Positions 47,365 through 61,975 are shown, numbered from the whole stretch's first letter. The stretch is DNA of 63,176 nucleotides, filler included, from Octopus bimaculoides (GCF_001194135.2; 7 parts of 6 records of this genome joined end to end with filler, not necessarily neighbours in it); one strand, 5' to 3'. Numbers and translations are program-made. Notes: a model not told the origin generated them from the sequence alone.

Positions 47365-47835
47365 TTTTCCCTTTTGTCTTGTTCTTATTCTGTCTTCTTT
47401 TATCGCTTGTTTATGTTTTCGTCACCATTCTTTCCGTGCGCTCCTTTGTCACCCTCCTGTACAATTTTTTTTACACCCTACGTATATAAAGACGGGTCTT
47501 CCTTTGCCGCGGCATCCGGCTACTTGTTGGTCATACAAAAGAATTTTCGGAATGCGGTCATCTTTCATTCGAACAACATGTCATAGCCGTCTGCACTGAA
47601 TTCTCAGCAGCATGCTTTTAATACTGGAGATGTCACATTATCTTGCCATTTTCTGTTGCAGATATTTCGCAGACAGCATTTACGAAAGATTTCAAGTTTC
47701 TTTATATATCTCTAGTAGGGTGCCTATCCTTTTGCTCCAAAAGTGTGCTCAAAATACAAGATTTGTATACACTTATTTTAGTTTTCAGATTGACACCATG
47801 TTCATCCCACATACAATGAGAAAATTTTCCAAAAG
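47365..47835 (-). mobile_element. RTE LINE 3' fragment (same family as 29.2-30.4 kb)
   Basis: AFGKFSHCMWDEHGVNLKTKISVYKSCILSTLL...; homologous to ~29870-30400. Confidence 0.8.
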
Positions 47836-47852
47836 CATTTGGAGCTAAGATA

Positions 47853-48526
47853 TTCTGTGATCTCTTCAGTGACTTTCTGCTCCTTGTGTCTCTACTCATC
47901 TCTAGTCTTGTCTTGTCTGCTCCATTTTGTCTTTCTGTGGCATGTAACCCTATCTGCGCATGCGTTTATGCCTGTACCTGTACCACAGAAATACAAAATG
48001 GGCAAGACAGGACAAGTCCAGTGAGGAGTAGAGACATGAGGAACAGGAAATCATTGATGAGGTCACAGAATGCATGACAAAAGAACTCTGATGATAAAGC
48101 TAAAGCGAAGATAAAATAAATAATGCGTCCCAAATTAAATGACCGTCCCCAAATATAAGAAATATCTTCATATGTATGTATGTATATATTTATTTATTAT
48201 GTATTTATACATACATACATACATTCATGAGTTTCTGTTCCTCATGTCTCTACTCTTCTCTTGTCTTGTCCTGTCTCGCCCATTTTGTAATTCTGTGGTA
48301 CAGGTACAGGCATAAACGCATGCGCAGACAGGGTTATATGCCACAGAAAGACAAAATGGAGCAGACAGGACAAGACTAGAGATGAGTAGAGACACGAGGA
48401 GCAGAAAGTCACTGAAGAGATCACAGGATGTGTAACAGAAGAACTCTGATAATAAAGCTAGTAGCGCGTGTGTTCATTAGCAAAAAAAAATTTTAAATTA
48501 CCGTCCCCAAATATAAGAAATATCTT
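47853..48526. mobile_element. Two adjacent, oppositely oriented fold-back elements whose arms end in degenerate hammerhead motifs of the 5.1-kb family
   Basis: Unit A 47853-48168 is an internal inverted repeat; unit B 48226-48526 is about the reverse complement of A; motifs at 47862-47869(-), 48054-48090(+) and 48412-48448(+). Confidence 0.75.
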
Positions 48527-48826
48527 TATATTAATAAAAATAATTAGGCGCAAAAAAATTTTTTAAATTAGGCGCAGGAGTGGCTGTGTGGTAAATAGCT
48601 TGCTTACCAACCGCATGGNNNNNNNNNNNNNNNNNNNNNNNNNNNNNNNNNNNNNNNNNNNNNNNNNNNNNNNNNNNNNNNNNNNNNNNNNNNNNNNNNN
48701 NNNNNNNNNNNNNNNNNNGTCTATTAAGACCTAAATTGTTCTCAACATGAAATATAGCGGGATACCAATATATATATATATGTATGTATATATTTATATA
48801 TGCGTATTTATATATAAATATGTATG

Positions 48827-48859
<33 letters not shown>

Positions 48860-48983
48860 ACTCGCACATTTAGAAACACATGTATGATATAGCGGTAATG
48901 TATGTGCAGTGCTCTTTCTTTTTACTTTTTCATATTCGCTTGCACTAACTAACCTGCCCGACCAATATAACACTTGCACACAC

Positions 48984-49029
<46 letters not shown>

Positions 49030-49147
49030 NNNNNNNNNNNNNNNNNNNNNNNNNNNNNNNNNNNNNNNNNNNNTTAATTAATTAANNNNNNNNNNNNNNN
49101 NNNNNNNNNNNNNNNNNNNNNNNNNNNNNACACACACACACACACAC

Positions 49148-49457
49148 AGCCTGCTTGTGAGATTAACGTGCAAGTGGCTGAGCACTCCACAGACACATGT
49201 ACCCTTAACGTAGTTCTCGGGGATATTCAGCGTGACACAGTGTGACAAGGCTGACCCTTTGAATTATAGGCACAACAGAAACAGGAAGTAAGAGGTGAAA
49301 GAGTACAGCAGGGTTCGCCACCATCCCTTGCCGGAGCCTCGTGGAGCTTTAGGTATTTTCGCTCAATAAACACTCACAACGCCCGGTCTGGGAATCGAAA
49401 CCGCGATCCTATGACCGCGAGTCCGCTGCTCTAACCATTGGGCCATTGCGCCTCCAC
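49148..49457 (-). mobile_element. SINE family C, 3' end lost in a gap
   Basis: Near-identical to the 23532 and 39926 copies. Confidence 0.9.
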
Positions 49458-49599
49458 TTCTTTGGAATTACATGGCAATTAATGGACAGATGAAAGCTAA
49501 ACTCAATTTCTGTGCAAGACCCTAGCTTGTGACACGTAATAGGAGACACTATACTATGTATATTAAGAATATTAGCTGTCAACAGTTCACTAAACGTAT

Positions 49600-50030
49600 T
49601 AAGTAGTAACCACCTCGGAGAAAATAGTAACTACACCATGAAGTTGATGGACGTGTATTGAGGGAGAGTTTGGAATTCTTTTGTGGTATTGAGCCAGACC
49701 TATAATTCTTCTGTGGTATTTGAACAACTCCTTTCATTATTCCAGCCATCCATTCAACCGTTTTCGATCCACTGAAAGTTCAGCATACCGTTGCTGGCTT
49801 ATCTACGCTGGGTGTAGACCCACGCGTTACATTAGCCATTTTAACGTAGGACAAGAAGCTCTGTGGTAGGGTGATTGACCCTGGTTTAAAGTCTTCACTG
49901 AATATACTTAGACTATAATATGAGTTATCAAGTGACTCTCTATATGGCCAGTCCAACTGCAAGCATTTGCAATCACATTTCCTCAAAATCTATGTTGCTG
50001 TCTTAAAAAAGGCAGCAAGCATAAAACAAT
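49600..50030 (-). mobile_element. Possible ancient LINE RT fragment
   Basis: Residual KCLQLDWPY..FKPGSIT..NYRSGS pattern resembles K(S)PGxDGxP..NYRPIS; heavily decayed. Confidence 0.3.
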
Positions 50031-50374
50031 ATCTCTGATATAGAGGATAAACTGAATAAGTGTTGTTGAGATGAATTTATCCATGGGTCTATAGTAGCAG
50101 GGTTCACTTAAGGTTTAAACAACATTAGAAACTTAGGATATAAGAAGCTACTAATTATATAACTATCATCATATCCCTGTGTGTCCTTCTCCTTGGTTTA
50201 TTTTCAGTATGACAGAATTTCATGAACATCTAGTTGATTGAATATCATGTATATATATATATATATATATATATNNNNNNNNNNNNNNNNNNNNNNNNNN
50301 NNNNNNNNNNNNNNNNNNTTAATTAATTAANNNNNNNNNNNNNNNNNNNNNNNNNNNNNNNNNNNNNNNNNNNN

Positions 50375-50588
50375 ATGTTGGGGGGACAAACACAGACATG
50401 CAAACACATACACACATACATATATATATACATATATACGACAGGCTTCTTTCAGTTTCTGTCTACCAAATCCACTCACAAGGCTTTGGTCAGCCCGAGG
50501 CTATAGTAGAAGACACTTGCCCAAGATGCCACGCAGTGGGATTGAACCCGGGACCATGTGGTTGGTAAGCAAGCTACTTTCCACACAG
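50375..50588 (-). mobile_element. SINE family B
   Basis: cgacaggcttctttcagtttctgtctaccaaatccactcacaaggctttggtc...agctactttccacacagc. Confidence 0.88.
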
Positions 50589-50746
50589 CAAGGAAATTCA
50601 TTCCTCAAGAATACTAGGTATTGAACTAGTATTTCCTTGGATGAAACCATCCCTTCATGAGGTTTACACATCCTCTAATTAAATTGCATACATACATACA
50701 TACATGTATATACATACATACATACATACATACATACATACATACA

Positions 50747-50780
<34 letters not shown>

Positions 50781-51201
50781 CACACACACATATATATGTA
50801 TATATGTACACACACACAAGCATATATATATAAATACACACAGACATATCCATGTATACATCTAAATCTACCTATGTAGCTATATGCACATATAATTATA
50901 TTCATATACACACATACATACAAATACACATACATATATATATATAGTTCAGGCGTATTTTGTAGAAGGCGTCCCTTGAATGTTTTGAAGTCCCGCTTGA
51001 CTGCTTCTAAACCACGATATTCATGCCTTTCCTCTGATCTTCGTATTGTATGGCTGCAGGTAAGATTCGAAAGTGGAAGATAGATTCCACAAGCAAGGAG
51101 TTTGTGGTGTAAAACACAATTTAGTATTAGGATGGTTGTTTTGCTTCTCGGATCAAAATTGGTCATACATACATACAAACATACATACATACATACATAC
51201 A

Positions 51202-51233
<32 letters not shown>

Positions 51234-52614
51234 CATGGGCTCTTGTGAATTTATATGTTCTGAGAAATATCTGAGATTAGTGAAGGATTGAAAATCCAAA
51301 GTTGAAAAATTGTTAAAAAAAAAACAAAAAAGCCACTGACTAATGAATGCAAGACGTTTATATATATTTCGCATTTGTTATGAAAGCGTAAGTTAATTTT
51401 AATGATCAGTTTTCTTAAATATTTTCCGCTAAGATAACTAAAGAATTTCAGATGGCTGAAGAAATATTTTCAAAGGTTGAAAATTTCTGCAAAATAATAT
51501 AAGACGCGTTTAGGAAGAGAAGAAATTGCAAAGGGTTCGTTTTCAATAGGAAAATCTCCTTATCTCTTGCTTGTAAAACCGTGGGGATTTTACCGGAACG
51601 ACCAAAGGAAGTCATTTCAGTGCTTTCCAAAACAAACCAGCAATCACAGCCTAGAGCGGCTTTATCGAATGATTACACAAAAGTAGCCGCTTATCTCTCG
51701 ACTAAACAAGGTGGTGCCATGGGAGACTTTACTCAGATTGGATATTGCCTGAAGACATTTAAAATCCAGTATGGATGTCGGAAAGAATATTCTTGTTATA
51801 GCTTTTTCTTTGCCTTTACCACAAATTTACTGCATCCAATATGTGCATTTTAAGCCGTGTGTTGTTGCAGCTATCTGTATGCAATGAATTGTATTTTGAA
51901 AGGAAGGTAAAGCTGTCAATATAGAGCACCGTTCACTGAAATAAGGACTTGCCATGTTAAATCTCAACAACTGGTTTAGGTTTAGGTGTTGTGGCTGGCT
52001 ACAGCTAGTCAACCGTGAAAGCTATCTTGCTGCTGTTGCTCTTATCGTTTCAACAACGACTAAATCATGGAAGGTTCGCGCCTGTGTTACGTAAATGTTT
52101 ATAATATTGAAAGAGATTAGCAAGTCAGAAATCTCTGTATGAATAAATTAATCGAATCAAAGAAAAATAAAGAATTTCTCTTGTAAATTCGATTCCCATA
52201 AGAGAAAGAGTTTCGCTGCCATTTTTTATGTCTGCCATTCCTTGCCGTTCTTCGAGAAATAGGAAATAAGACAGAGTTAGTGGCGTTCTTTTATAAATTT
52301 ACAAACAACAGCATTTATTTAATCCATAAAACATTTTAAAGCAACGGAAAACATCAATCATTACAATCAATACTTGCATTTTACTGGAGACGAGATTATT
52401 AACGTTGGTTAATTAGTTTTTGGTAGAAGGATACATCCATTAATAAATACACACAGACATCGACATACAGACATACAGACACACAGACACACAAACACAC
52501 ATGCGTGTAGTTATAGATATAAGGTAGGATTATGCTTTCGTTTCTGACGATCACGTGTGATTTTCATAAATGAAGCATTTCCGCAACGAATGAATAATTA
52601 GTACTAAGAACATC

Positions 52615-52674
<60 letters not shown>

Positions 52675-52782
52675 GTCTATCTATCTGTTTTTCTGTCTGT
52701 CTATCTGTCTGTATCTCTGTCTGTCCGTCCGTCTGTCTGTATGTATATAAAAAACACACAAATACATACTTATGTGTGTGTT

Positions 52783-52817
<35 letters not shown>

Positions 52818-52857
52818 ATATGTATCTATATATTATGTATGTGTATATATTCTTTTA

Positions 52858-53193
52858 TTTTTTTACTTGTTTCAGTCATTTTGACTGCGGCCATGCTGGA
52901 GCACCGAATTAGTCGAGCAAATCGAAAGCGGGTCTTATTCTTTTTACAGGGACGTAAACACACCAGCATCGGTTGTCAAGCGATGCTGGGACACACACAC
53001 ACACACACACAAACATATATTTAAATATATATATATATATATATATGACGGGCTTATTTCAGTTTCCGTCTACCAAATCCACTCACAAGGCTTTGGTCGG
53101 CCCGAGGCTATAGGAGAAGACACTTATCCAAGGTGCCACAGACTGAATCTGGAATTATGTGGTTGGTAAGTAAGCTACTTACCACACAGGCAC
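52858..53193 (-). mobile_element. SINE family B, near full length
   Basis: tttttacttgtttcagtcattttgactgcggccatgctggagcacc...cttaccacacaggcactcctgcgcc. Confidence 0.88.
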
Positions 53194-53834
53194 TCCTGCG
53201 CCTATGCATATATGTATGTATTTGTGTGCATTTGTGTGCATTTGTGTGTGTATGTATATATTATCTCTGGAATAAGATGGTGAATTGGTATGCCGGGTAG
53301 AATAAAGGATACAATAATCCCACGAAATATTGATTCCAGTTCTCTGCACTGACTTTAAATTCCACCAATTTCAACTAAAATAAAGTACCACTTAATTCTC
53401 TTTTGGAATCGACACACTGCGGTCTTAGAGGGGCCACTGGGAACTGTTAAAAAAGCCCTTTTTAAGGAAATGTAGATGTCGACCGAGGGGCAACGCCGCA
53501 CGGAATGGAAATGAAAAAGAATTTTAAAAAGAAGATACGAGTTATACTGAATGACGGATACAGAAAGTTTTTATTTCACTTCAAGAAAATATTGAGGTGG
53601 CTTCAAGTAATTCAGAATTATTGAGAAATTATTGGTGGAATCTACTCCAGTACAGAAGATTTCTTTTATCGTTAAAAGACAGGTCTTCGGTGACATGATT
53701 TGAAATCGGAATAGAGAGGGATTAAACTAAATACAGGTAACTACTTCTAGCCATTTGAGCCAAAGTGTTAGAGTTTCTAACACCAAAGGTCAGTACTAAT
53801 GTCATTTTCATATGGCGTTTCAAAACATCAAGGT

Positions 53835-53990
53835 GACAGGATCATTAGAGCGTTAGAAAAAAATGCCTTGTGGTATTTCTTCGACTCTTTATATCTGAGT
53901 TCAAATTCTGCTGATGTGATTCTGTCTTTCTTGGATCGATAAAATAAAGTATCAGGCTAGTACTGGTGTCGACTAGAATGACTAAGTCCG
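53835..53990 (+). mobile_element. SINE family A, degenerate
   Basis: gatcattagagcgttagaaaaaaatgccttgtggtatttc...ctgagttcaaattctgctg...gatcgataaaataaagtatcag. Confidence 0.7.
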
Positions 53991-54115
53991 TCGTTTTATG
54001 GTTATTCATTTAGAAAACTCTCAATAAGAGATGATTTATTTGCTTAATGTATTATATTAATTTGTTTAATAATATATCATTATCGTTATATAACCAGACC
54101 ATTTCATCAGATATC

Positions 54116-54180
<65 letters not shown>

Positions 54181-54336
54181 GTTATTATCATTATCATTAT
54201 TATCATCATTTTATATCCATCTCGCGTGATTTGATTCTCTCTAAAAGGCGCTACAGTATAGCCGCAACCCATCGACTCAAATCACTAAAAGAATAGAATA
54301 ATGTACATACATGCATATATGTATCTTTCTTTCCCG

Positions 54337-54377
<41 letters not shown>

Positions 54378-54538
54378 NNNNNNNNNNNNNNNNNNNNNNN
54401 NNNNNNNNNNNNNNNNNNNNNTTAATTAATTAANNNNNNNNNNNNNNNNNNNNNNNNNNNNNNNNNNNNNNNNNNNNAGAGAGAGAGAGAGAGGAGACAC
54501 AGAGTTAGTCAGACAGACCGACAGACAGATTGACTGAC

Positions 54539-54599
<61 letters not shown>

Positions 54600-55496
54600 T
54601 TATTATACATGTACATGCTGGCAGTATCACACACACACATGCATGCTTAGAAATTACAACCCACGGCTTCGTATAATGAGCAACTAAAAAAACGGTTAGG
54701 TAAATACATGGAAGTGTAACTTTGATACAATTTCAGAAATCTATATATGTGTGTATATGCGTATGTATATGCATATGTGTATGCGTCTGTGTATGCGTCT
54801 ATATTTATATATATACATATGTAAGTATATATATCCGTATGTATAATTGTACGTATACATATGTATCAGAACTATAATAAAATAAGTTGGATATCACATT
54901 AAGAAGGAATACTTAAAATTATATTAATTATCCATATATATATATTCAATATTTCACAGCAAATCATCGCTGGAAAAATCATAACGAAAGCGCATATAAA
55001 TATATATGAAAATGCACCAAACAAAATAGAAAGAAACCCAACTGCAGCATAAGTATAACAATAAAAGGATGGGAAAAGTTCACTTTGCGAACACAATACA
55101 CATAGATATAGCCACACCAATACACATTTATACATATACATTTACATATATATATGTATGTATATATATATATANNNNNNNNNNNNNNNNNNNNNNNNNN
55201 NNNNNNNNNNNNNNNNNNNNNNNNNNNNNNNNNNNNNNNNNNNNNNNNNNNNNNNNNNNNNNNNNNNNNNNNNNNNNNNNNNNNNNNNNNNNNNNNNNNN
55301 NNNNNNNNNNNNNNNNNNNNNNNNNNNNNNNNNNNNNNNNNNNNNNNNNNNNNNNNNNNNNNNNNNNNNNNNNNNNNNNNNNNNNNNNNNNNNNNNNNNN
55401 NNNNNNNNNNNNNNNNNNNNNNNNNNNNNNNNNNNNNNNNNNNNNNNNNNNNNNNNNNNNNNNNNNNNNNNNNNNNNNNNNNNNNNNNNNNNNNNN

Positions 55497-55530
<34 letters not shown>

Positions 55531-56139
55531 ATACATATACATGCATATATATATATATATGTATTTATACATAAATATATGTACAGAGAGTGAATTTTTC
55601 ATTAATATTTTACACAAGTCAGTGACATCAATCAACAAATTTACAAGCAATGCTGAAATTCGATTCTTTAAAACCCGCTCGTAAACCCGTAAATACTGGC
55701 AAAATATTGGTTTTACTGTGGTGTAGCATCATTGCATATATAATCTTAAACAAGTTTTTCCTTTTTCAACAGCAGTGATGAATTTCAATTATTTCTTGTC
55801 TTCTTTTTTTTACGTTTATTCTGTGTTCGATTTGCGTTATAAATTTATATATATTTTATCTTATATTTTGTTTCTCTTTATATACTCTCTTAATATTTTT
55901 GGTTCTTAATTTTTATTTTTCTTACATTCATTATTCTGTCGTTTTGTATTTTCTTTTTCTTTGTTTTTATTTTTTGTTTTGCTTTTGTTTTATTTATTTT
56001 TTTTTTTTTTATATATCGTTTTTGATTCATCTCCTTCCTGAAAATCATTGTTAAATCAATCTGAAAAATATTTCTCTGTTCTCAACTACATTTCGAATTT
56101 GAAGTTAGGAAACTTACAATATAGCAATAATAAAAATCC

Positions 56140-56580
56140 TTTCTAGTATAGGCATAAGGCTTGAAATTTCGGGGAAGGAAACTAGTCGATTAAATTGACC
56201 CCAGTGTTTCACAGATACTTAATTTGTCGACCCCGAAAGGATGTAAGGCAGAGTCGACCTAGTCAGAATTTGAACTCAGAACATGAAGACGGACAAAATG
56301 CCGTTAAGCATATCGCTTGGTGTGCTGACGATTCTGCCAGTTCGCCCCCTTAATACTACTACTAATAATAATAATAATAATAATCCTTTCTACTGAAGGC
56401 ACAAGGCCTGAAATGTGAAGAGAGGGGAGTAGTTGATTTCACTGGTACCTCTATTTATCGACCCCGAAATGATGAAAGGCGAAGTTGAACTCGGCAGAAT
56501 TTGAACTCAGAGCGTAGCAACGGCCGAAACACCGCTTAGCATATTGTCCGGCGTGCTAACGATTCTGCCAGCTCGCCGCC
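56140..56580 (-). mobile_element. Two tandem SINE family A copies separated by (TAA/TAC)n
   Basis: 56140-56349 and 56385-56580, both ending gattctgccag(t/c)tcgcc. Confidence 0.88.
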
Positions 56581-56582
56581 TG

Positions 56583-57235
<653 letters not shown>

Positions 57236-57251
57236 AATAATAATAATAATG

Positions 57252-57291
<40 letters not shown>

Positions 57292-57452
57292 TAATAATAA
57301 TAATATTAATAATAATAATAATAATAATAATAGTCAAAACGAAGAGCGCGATNNNNNNNNNNNNNNNNNNNNNNNNNNNNNNNNNNNNNNNNNNNNTTAA
57401 TTAATTAANNNNNNNNNNNNNNNNNNNNNNNNNNNNNNNNNNNNNNNNNNNN

Positions 57453-57962
57453 GGAGCAGGCATGGCTGTGTGGTAAAAAGGTTGCTCCGTAGTCATCTGG
57501 TCTTCAGTTCAATTCCGTTGCGCGGCACCTTGAGAAAGCCTCTTTTACTATAGCCTCGGACATACTAAACTCTTGTCAGTGGATTTGGTGAGCGGAAACT
57601 GAAAGAAGTTATGGCGGCGAGCTGGCAGAAACGTTAGCACGCCGGGCGAAATGCTTAGCAGTATTTCGTCTGTCTTTACGTTCTGAGTTCAAATTCCGCC
57701 GAGGTCGACTTTGCCTTTCATCCTTTCAGGGTCAATAAATTAAGTACCAGTTGCGCACTTGGGTCGATCTAGTCCCGCCAAATTTAAGGCCTTGAGCCTA
57801 TAGTAGAAATGACTTTCACTGTTTCAGTCTACCAAATTCATTCACAACGCCTTGGTCAGCCTAGGGGCTATAGTAGAAAGCACTCTCCCAAGGAGCCGCA
57901 CAGTGGACCGAACTGAAAATCCCGTACTGCAAATCGAACTTGTTAACCACACAGCCATGCCT
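57453..57962. mobile_element. SINE sandwich: family B (+, 57453-57607), family A (+, 57612-57810), family B (-, 57815-57962)
   Basis: ggagcaggcatggctgtgtggtaa... ; ggcggcgagctggcagaaacgttagcacgcc... ; ...accacacagccatgcctgtg. Confidence 0.85.
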
Positions 57963-58262
57963 GTGTACAATTTCTAAAATAAATAAGTAGGCATTTAAGA
58001 CAGAATTGTGTGCCTGCTATTTCTAGCATATCAAACGACCATATAGAGGGATCCTCGTAGGTTCGTTAATGTGATGAGAGAATACATTTGCAGGATAAGT
58101 AATCGGCTTGTCGTAGAATAGCGATATTGACAGGGGATTAAGTGGTAGAATATTTGCCCTGGATTTTCTAGAATGCGAAGAGCTGAAACGGCGGGAATTG
58201 CATAACAGGATACTTCATTCCATCAGCGAACAAAGAACTGTATGTATAGTTATAGTTATAGT

Positions 58263-58334
<72 letters not shown>

Positions 58335-58562
58335 TGCGCGCGCGCGTGTGTGTGTGTTTGTATGTAAATATGTTGCCTTTGAGTGTAAGCGTGCATGTGC
58401 GGTTGTATATACATATGTAGAAAATCGATATATATGTATAATTATAATTTTATTTTTTAATAATTATATACTTAAAAATTAATTTTACCGATATGGTGGT
58501 GTTTTATACACTAGCCACTGCTATACTCATTTTAATGAGTGTATTTTCTATTTATACGTGTG

Positions 58563-58630
<68 letters not shown>

Positions 58631-58634
<4 letters not shown>

Positions 58635-59894
58635 TGCGATGGGTAAATTGTCACCATTTGATACTTTTAATTTCGCGCATACGCATTTTCTTTTTTTTTC
58701 CGATGTTGTCGACTACACAGTATAGATGGTTCAGTTGGGCACACGCAATTCACTCTGCCAGAAATTTGAAAACGATATGCTGTACTGCTTGGTATTCGCG
58801 CCGGAATCTCCAATACTTCAGAGTGTTTGGATGTCAATCTGAAGAAAACACAGAGAATTCAGAAAGATTTGGATGAGTCTAATGGTGATTACGAAGGTAC
58901 GGCAGCTCGGAAAACTCACTCTGATTATTCTAATAAGAATACATCCAATAAGAAAAGATCCAGGCTATGATTGACAATCATCCCTCCAAGTCAATCAGGT
59001 CCATCGCCAGGGATATGGAAGTGTCTTACTTATCAGGCAGGTAGTGCATGAAAACATTCGGTATTCCTCATAAAAGATGAGGGACGGTCAGTTTTTATCC
59101 CAAGCCATTAAGGATAGGAAAGATCGCGCTACGAATCTTTTGAATAAACTCATCCATCCCCTCCAACTGAACATGTTTTGTTTTTGTTTTTTTCAGACGA
59201 GAAACGTTTCAGCCAGGATCACATGGTGAACAAACAGAACAATCGTTGACTTGCTGTGTACCCAAAACATGTACCTAGAGTGACAAAAATCAAACATCCA
59301 GTCAACATCATGGTGTTTGGAGTGATCACTAGTGATGGCGACATTATGCCTCCATTTATCTTCCCACGCGGCCACAGACTCAATGCGGAGGCCTACATCA
59401 AGTACCTAGAGGAGGTAGTGCTGCCCTGGATCAAGAGGGTAGCTGCTGGAAGACCCTATGTCTCGCAACAGGACTCTGCACCATGCGAAGCAAACAGAAC
59501 ACAGTCATGATTGTCAGATAATTTCTGTGACCACACCACCCCTAACATCTGGCCATCTAACTCCCCAGGCTGTGACCCCCTTGATTATTATGTGTGAAGC
59601 GCAGTTGAGCGAGAGACCAACAAAACTGCTTGTAACACCAAAGATGAACTGAAAGCAAAGATTATGGCAGCATTCAGCAACTTAAACAAGGAGACCGTCC
59701 AGAAGAGAAGCAGGAGATTCCGAAGTCGTCTGGAGGCCGTGGATGAAGCCAATGGCGATTTTATTGAAGCAATTTACTCTTTAGTATTTGAAAATATTTT
59801 TATGTAATTTTGGTAAATATATCTGTCAAAATGTGGTGTCAGTGTTATTTTCATTTTTGCGTAACTTAGACGACAGTTTATTCGTCGCACCCTG
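58631..59894 (+). mobile_element. Decayed Tc1/mariner-superfamily transposon, maT/DD37D-like
   Basis: FSDEKRF, KIKHPVNIMVFGVITSDG, YIKYLEEVVLPWI, QQDSAP, IWPSNSPGCDPLDY (36 residues between D2 and D3, consistent with DD37D minus one codon); imperfect TIRs ggtgcgatgggtaaattgtc / gacagtttattcgtcgcaccctg flanked by TA. Confidence 0.9.
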
Positions 59895-59901
59895 TATATT
59901 A

Positions 59902-59944
<43 letters not shown>

Positions 59945-60213
59945 TGTGTGTCTATATGTACGTGTGTGTGCGTGTACGTGTAGACGTGTGTGTGTGTGTA
60001 ATATACATATATTTATAATTACAACAATGCGTATGTACGCATATATCCATTATCCTTTCATTTATATATGCAGGTTAGCATATGTGTGCGCGAGCGAGCG
60101 CGTGTGCATACATACATAGATACATACATGCATGCAGACATATGCATGTGCGCGATGGGTTAGCTGTGTCTGTACAAAGCTCATAATGATACAGATCAGT
60201 ATACAAGTATCAC

Positions 60214-60269
<56 letters not shown>

Positions 60270-60579
60270 ACACATACACACACATATATATATATGTATA
60301 TATATATATAGTAGGGACATACTGTATAACTACACATATAATTAACTTCAAAGTTCGTGCTTCAATCTATTTTCTCAATATTTCTATCTTTGGTTAGTTT
60401 ATGTAACCTATAGATTTCGTAATAGCATCATTTGCCAACGTTATGTAATCATTTCTATTACATAAACTGATGTTTATAGAATAAGACATCAAGGTGTATT
60501 TTAATTTGTGTGTTAAGAAGTCTTCGGTGCGTTCGTCTCTCAATCCAACAGTCTATCCATCCATCTATCCATCTATCCA

Positions 60580-60656
<77 letters not shown>

Positions 60657-61692
60657 NNNNNNNNNNNNNNNNNNNNNNNNNNNNNNNNNNNNNNNNNNNN
60701 TTAATTAATTAANNNNNNNNNNNNNNNNNNNNNNNNNNNNNNNNNNNNNNNNNNNNAGGAGAAATTGCTACAAAAGACAACAGACATATTGAAAAACTAA
60801 ATAAAATTGAATATAACAATTTATCATTGTAATAACCATTGTATAAATGTTATTTCTATCTGTAAATACACTCTACTACATCCAAATAAATAATTTGAAG
60901 TATATAAGGAGTTAAAAAAAGGAATTCAAAGAAAACGGTTGTGGTATATGCCAGCTGAGATTGTATTTGTAAGTACAAAAATAAAATCTTTTAAACTTGT
61001 ATGCCGTTTCTTAAGGGGAAGATTTGAATGTTTGAGATCAAGTCCTGTTTCAGAGAAAAAGAAAGATGTTGGCACACCCTTTTTGAAAGAAAGGCAGTAC
61101 CTCCCAAGAAGGATGTATCATCATGTTTCTCCGAATTTGAGAAATGGATCATGTGGCGATCGTCGAAAAGGTTCTATTATAACAGCATATCAATTTTGTT
61201 AATTTTAAATTTGCAGATTTCCAACACAATCAGCCTTTAGTCTGACTTATCTCCCTGGAATAACTGAAATATTCATATATTCTAAACCAGAACAAAAATC
61301 CAACTGAAGCGATATGAAACAGATTTATCATCATAAAACAAACTCCTAAAATACTTGACCGAATCAAAAATGCTGCTGACCAACACATCGTCCTTTCTGA
61401 TACTCACAACTACAACAAACTTCACTTGAAGAATACAATATTGTTGAAAAAAATAAAAAAACAAAAAATACTGTAAGAGAAATATTTCAGGGATGAAATT
61501 GTGAATTAGAAATAATTAAAGAAAAAGAGGAAGAAGAAAGGAACCATCATCCCCAACATACACAAAGTACCATGCAATGACAGTTGGCCCTAACCAGAAC
61601 AGAATTAACCAAAATAGAGTTATTAGGGAATATTATAGATTTGGGTTCACAAAGCTAATGGTTGGAATATGATTGTATGGANNNNNNNNNNA

Positions 61693-61975
61693 TTGTTGTA
61701 TTTCGGGATGGTAATTTTTTTTTTTTTTGCCAAATAAACACACACACACACTATATCTTCATTCTTCTCTTGTTCATTACTGTTCTTATTTTAACTCATG
61801 AGGCTGAAGAGGTCACAGATGTGTGATGAAAGATTTCTTCCAGACAATGAACATGAGTAATAAATGAGTGAAGAACAAATATATAGTGTGTGTGTTTATT
61901 TGGGGAAAAAAAAAAAAATAAAAATAAATAAAGAGAGACCATCCCGAAATACAACAAAATCTGTTTCAACACATG
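61693..61975. mobile_element. Fold-back repeat of the 5.1-kb hammerhead family with one degenerate core in the loop
   Basis: Arms ttgttgtatttcgggatggt..ccaaataaacacacac..tatat / atatagtgtgtgtgtttatttgg..accatcccgaaatacaacaa; ctgaaga-g-gtcaca-gatg-tgtgat-gaaa at 61804-61831; tail matches 4980-5050. Confidence 0.75.

Noticed and set aside
51500-52100. ORFs at 51581-51853 and 51955-52098 (MLNLNNWFRFRCCGW..) and a 36-nt ag/gt-bounded segment
   Set aside because: No recognisable family, weak splice support.
60939-61464. Short ORFs possibly from an L1 zinc-knuckle region or a host exon
   Set aside because: Key Cys/His residues absent; no consistent frame or splice sites.
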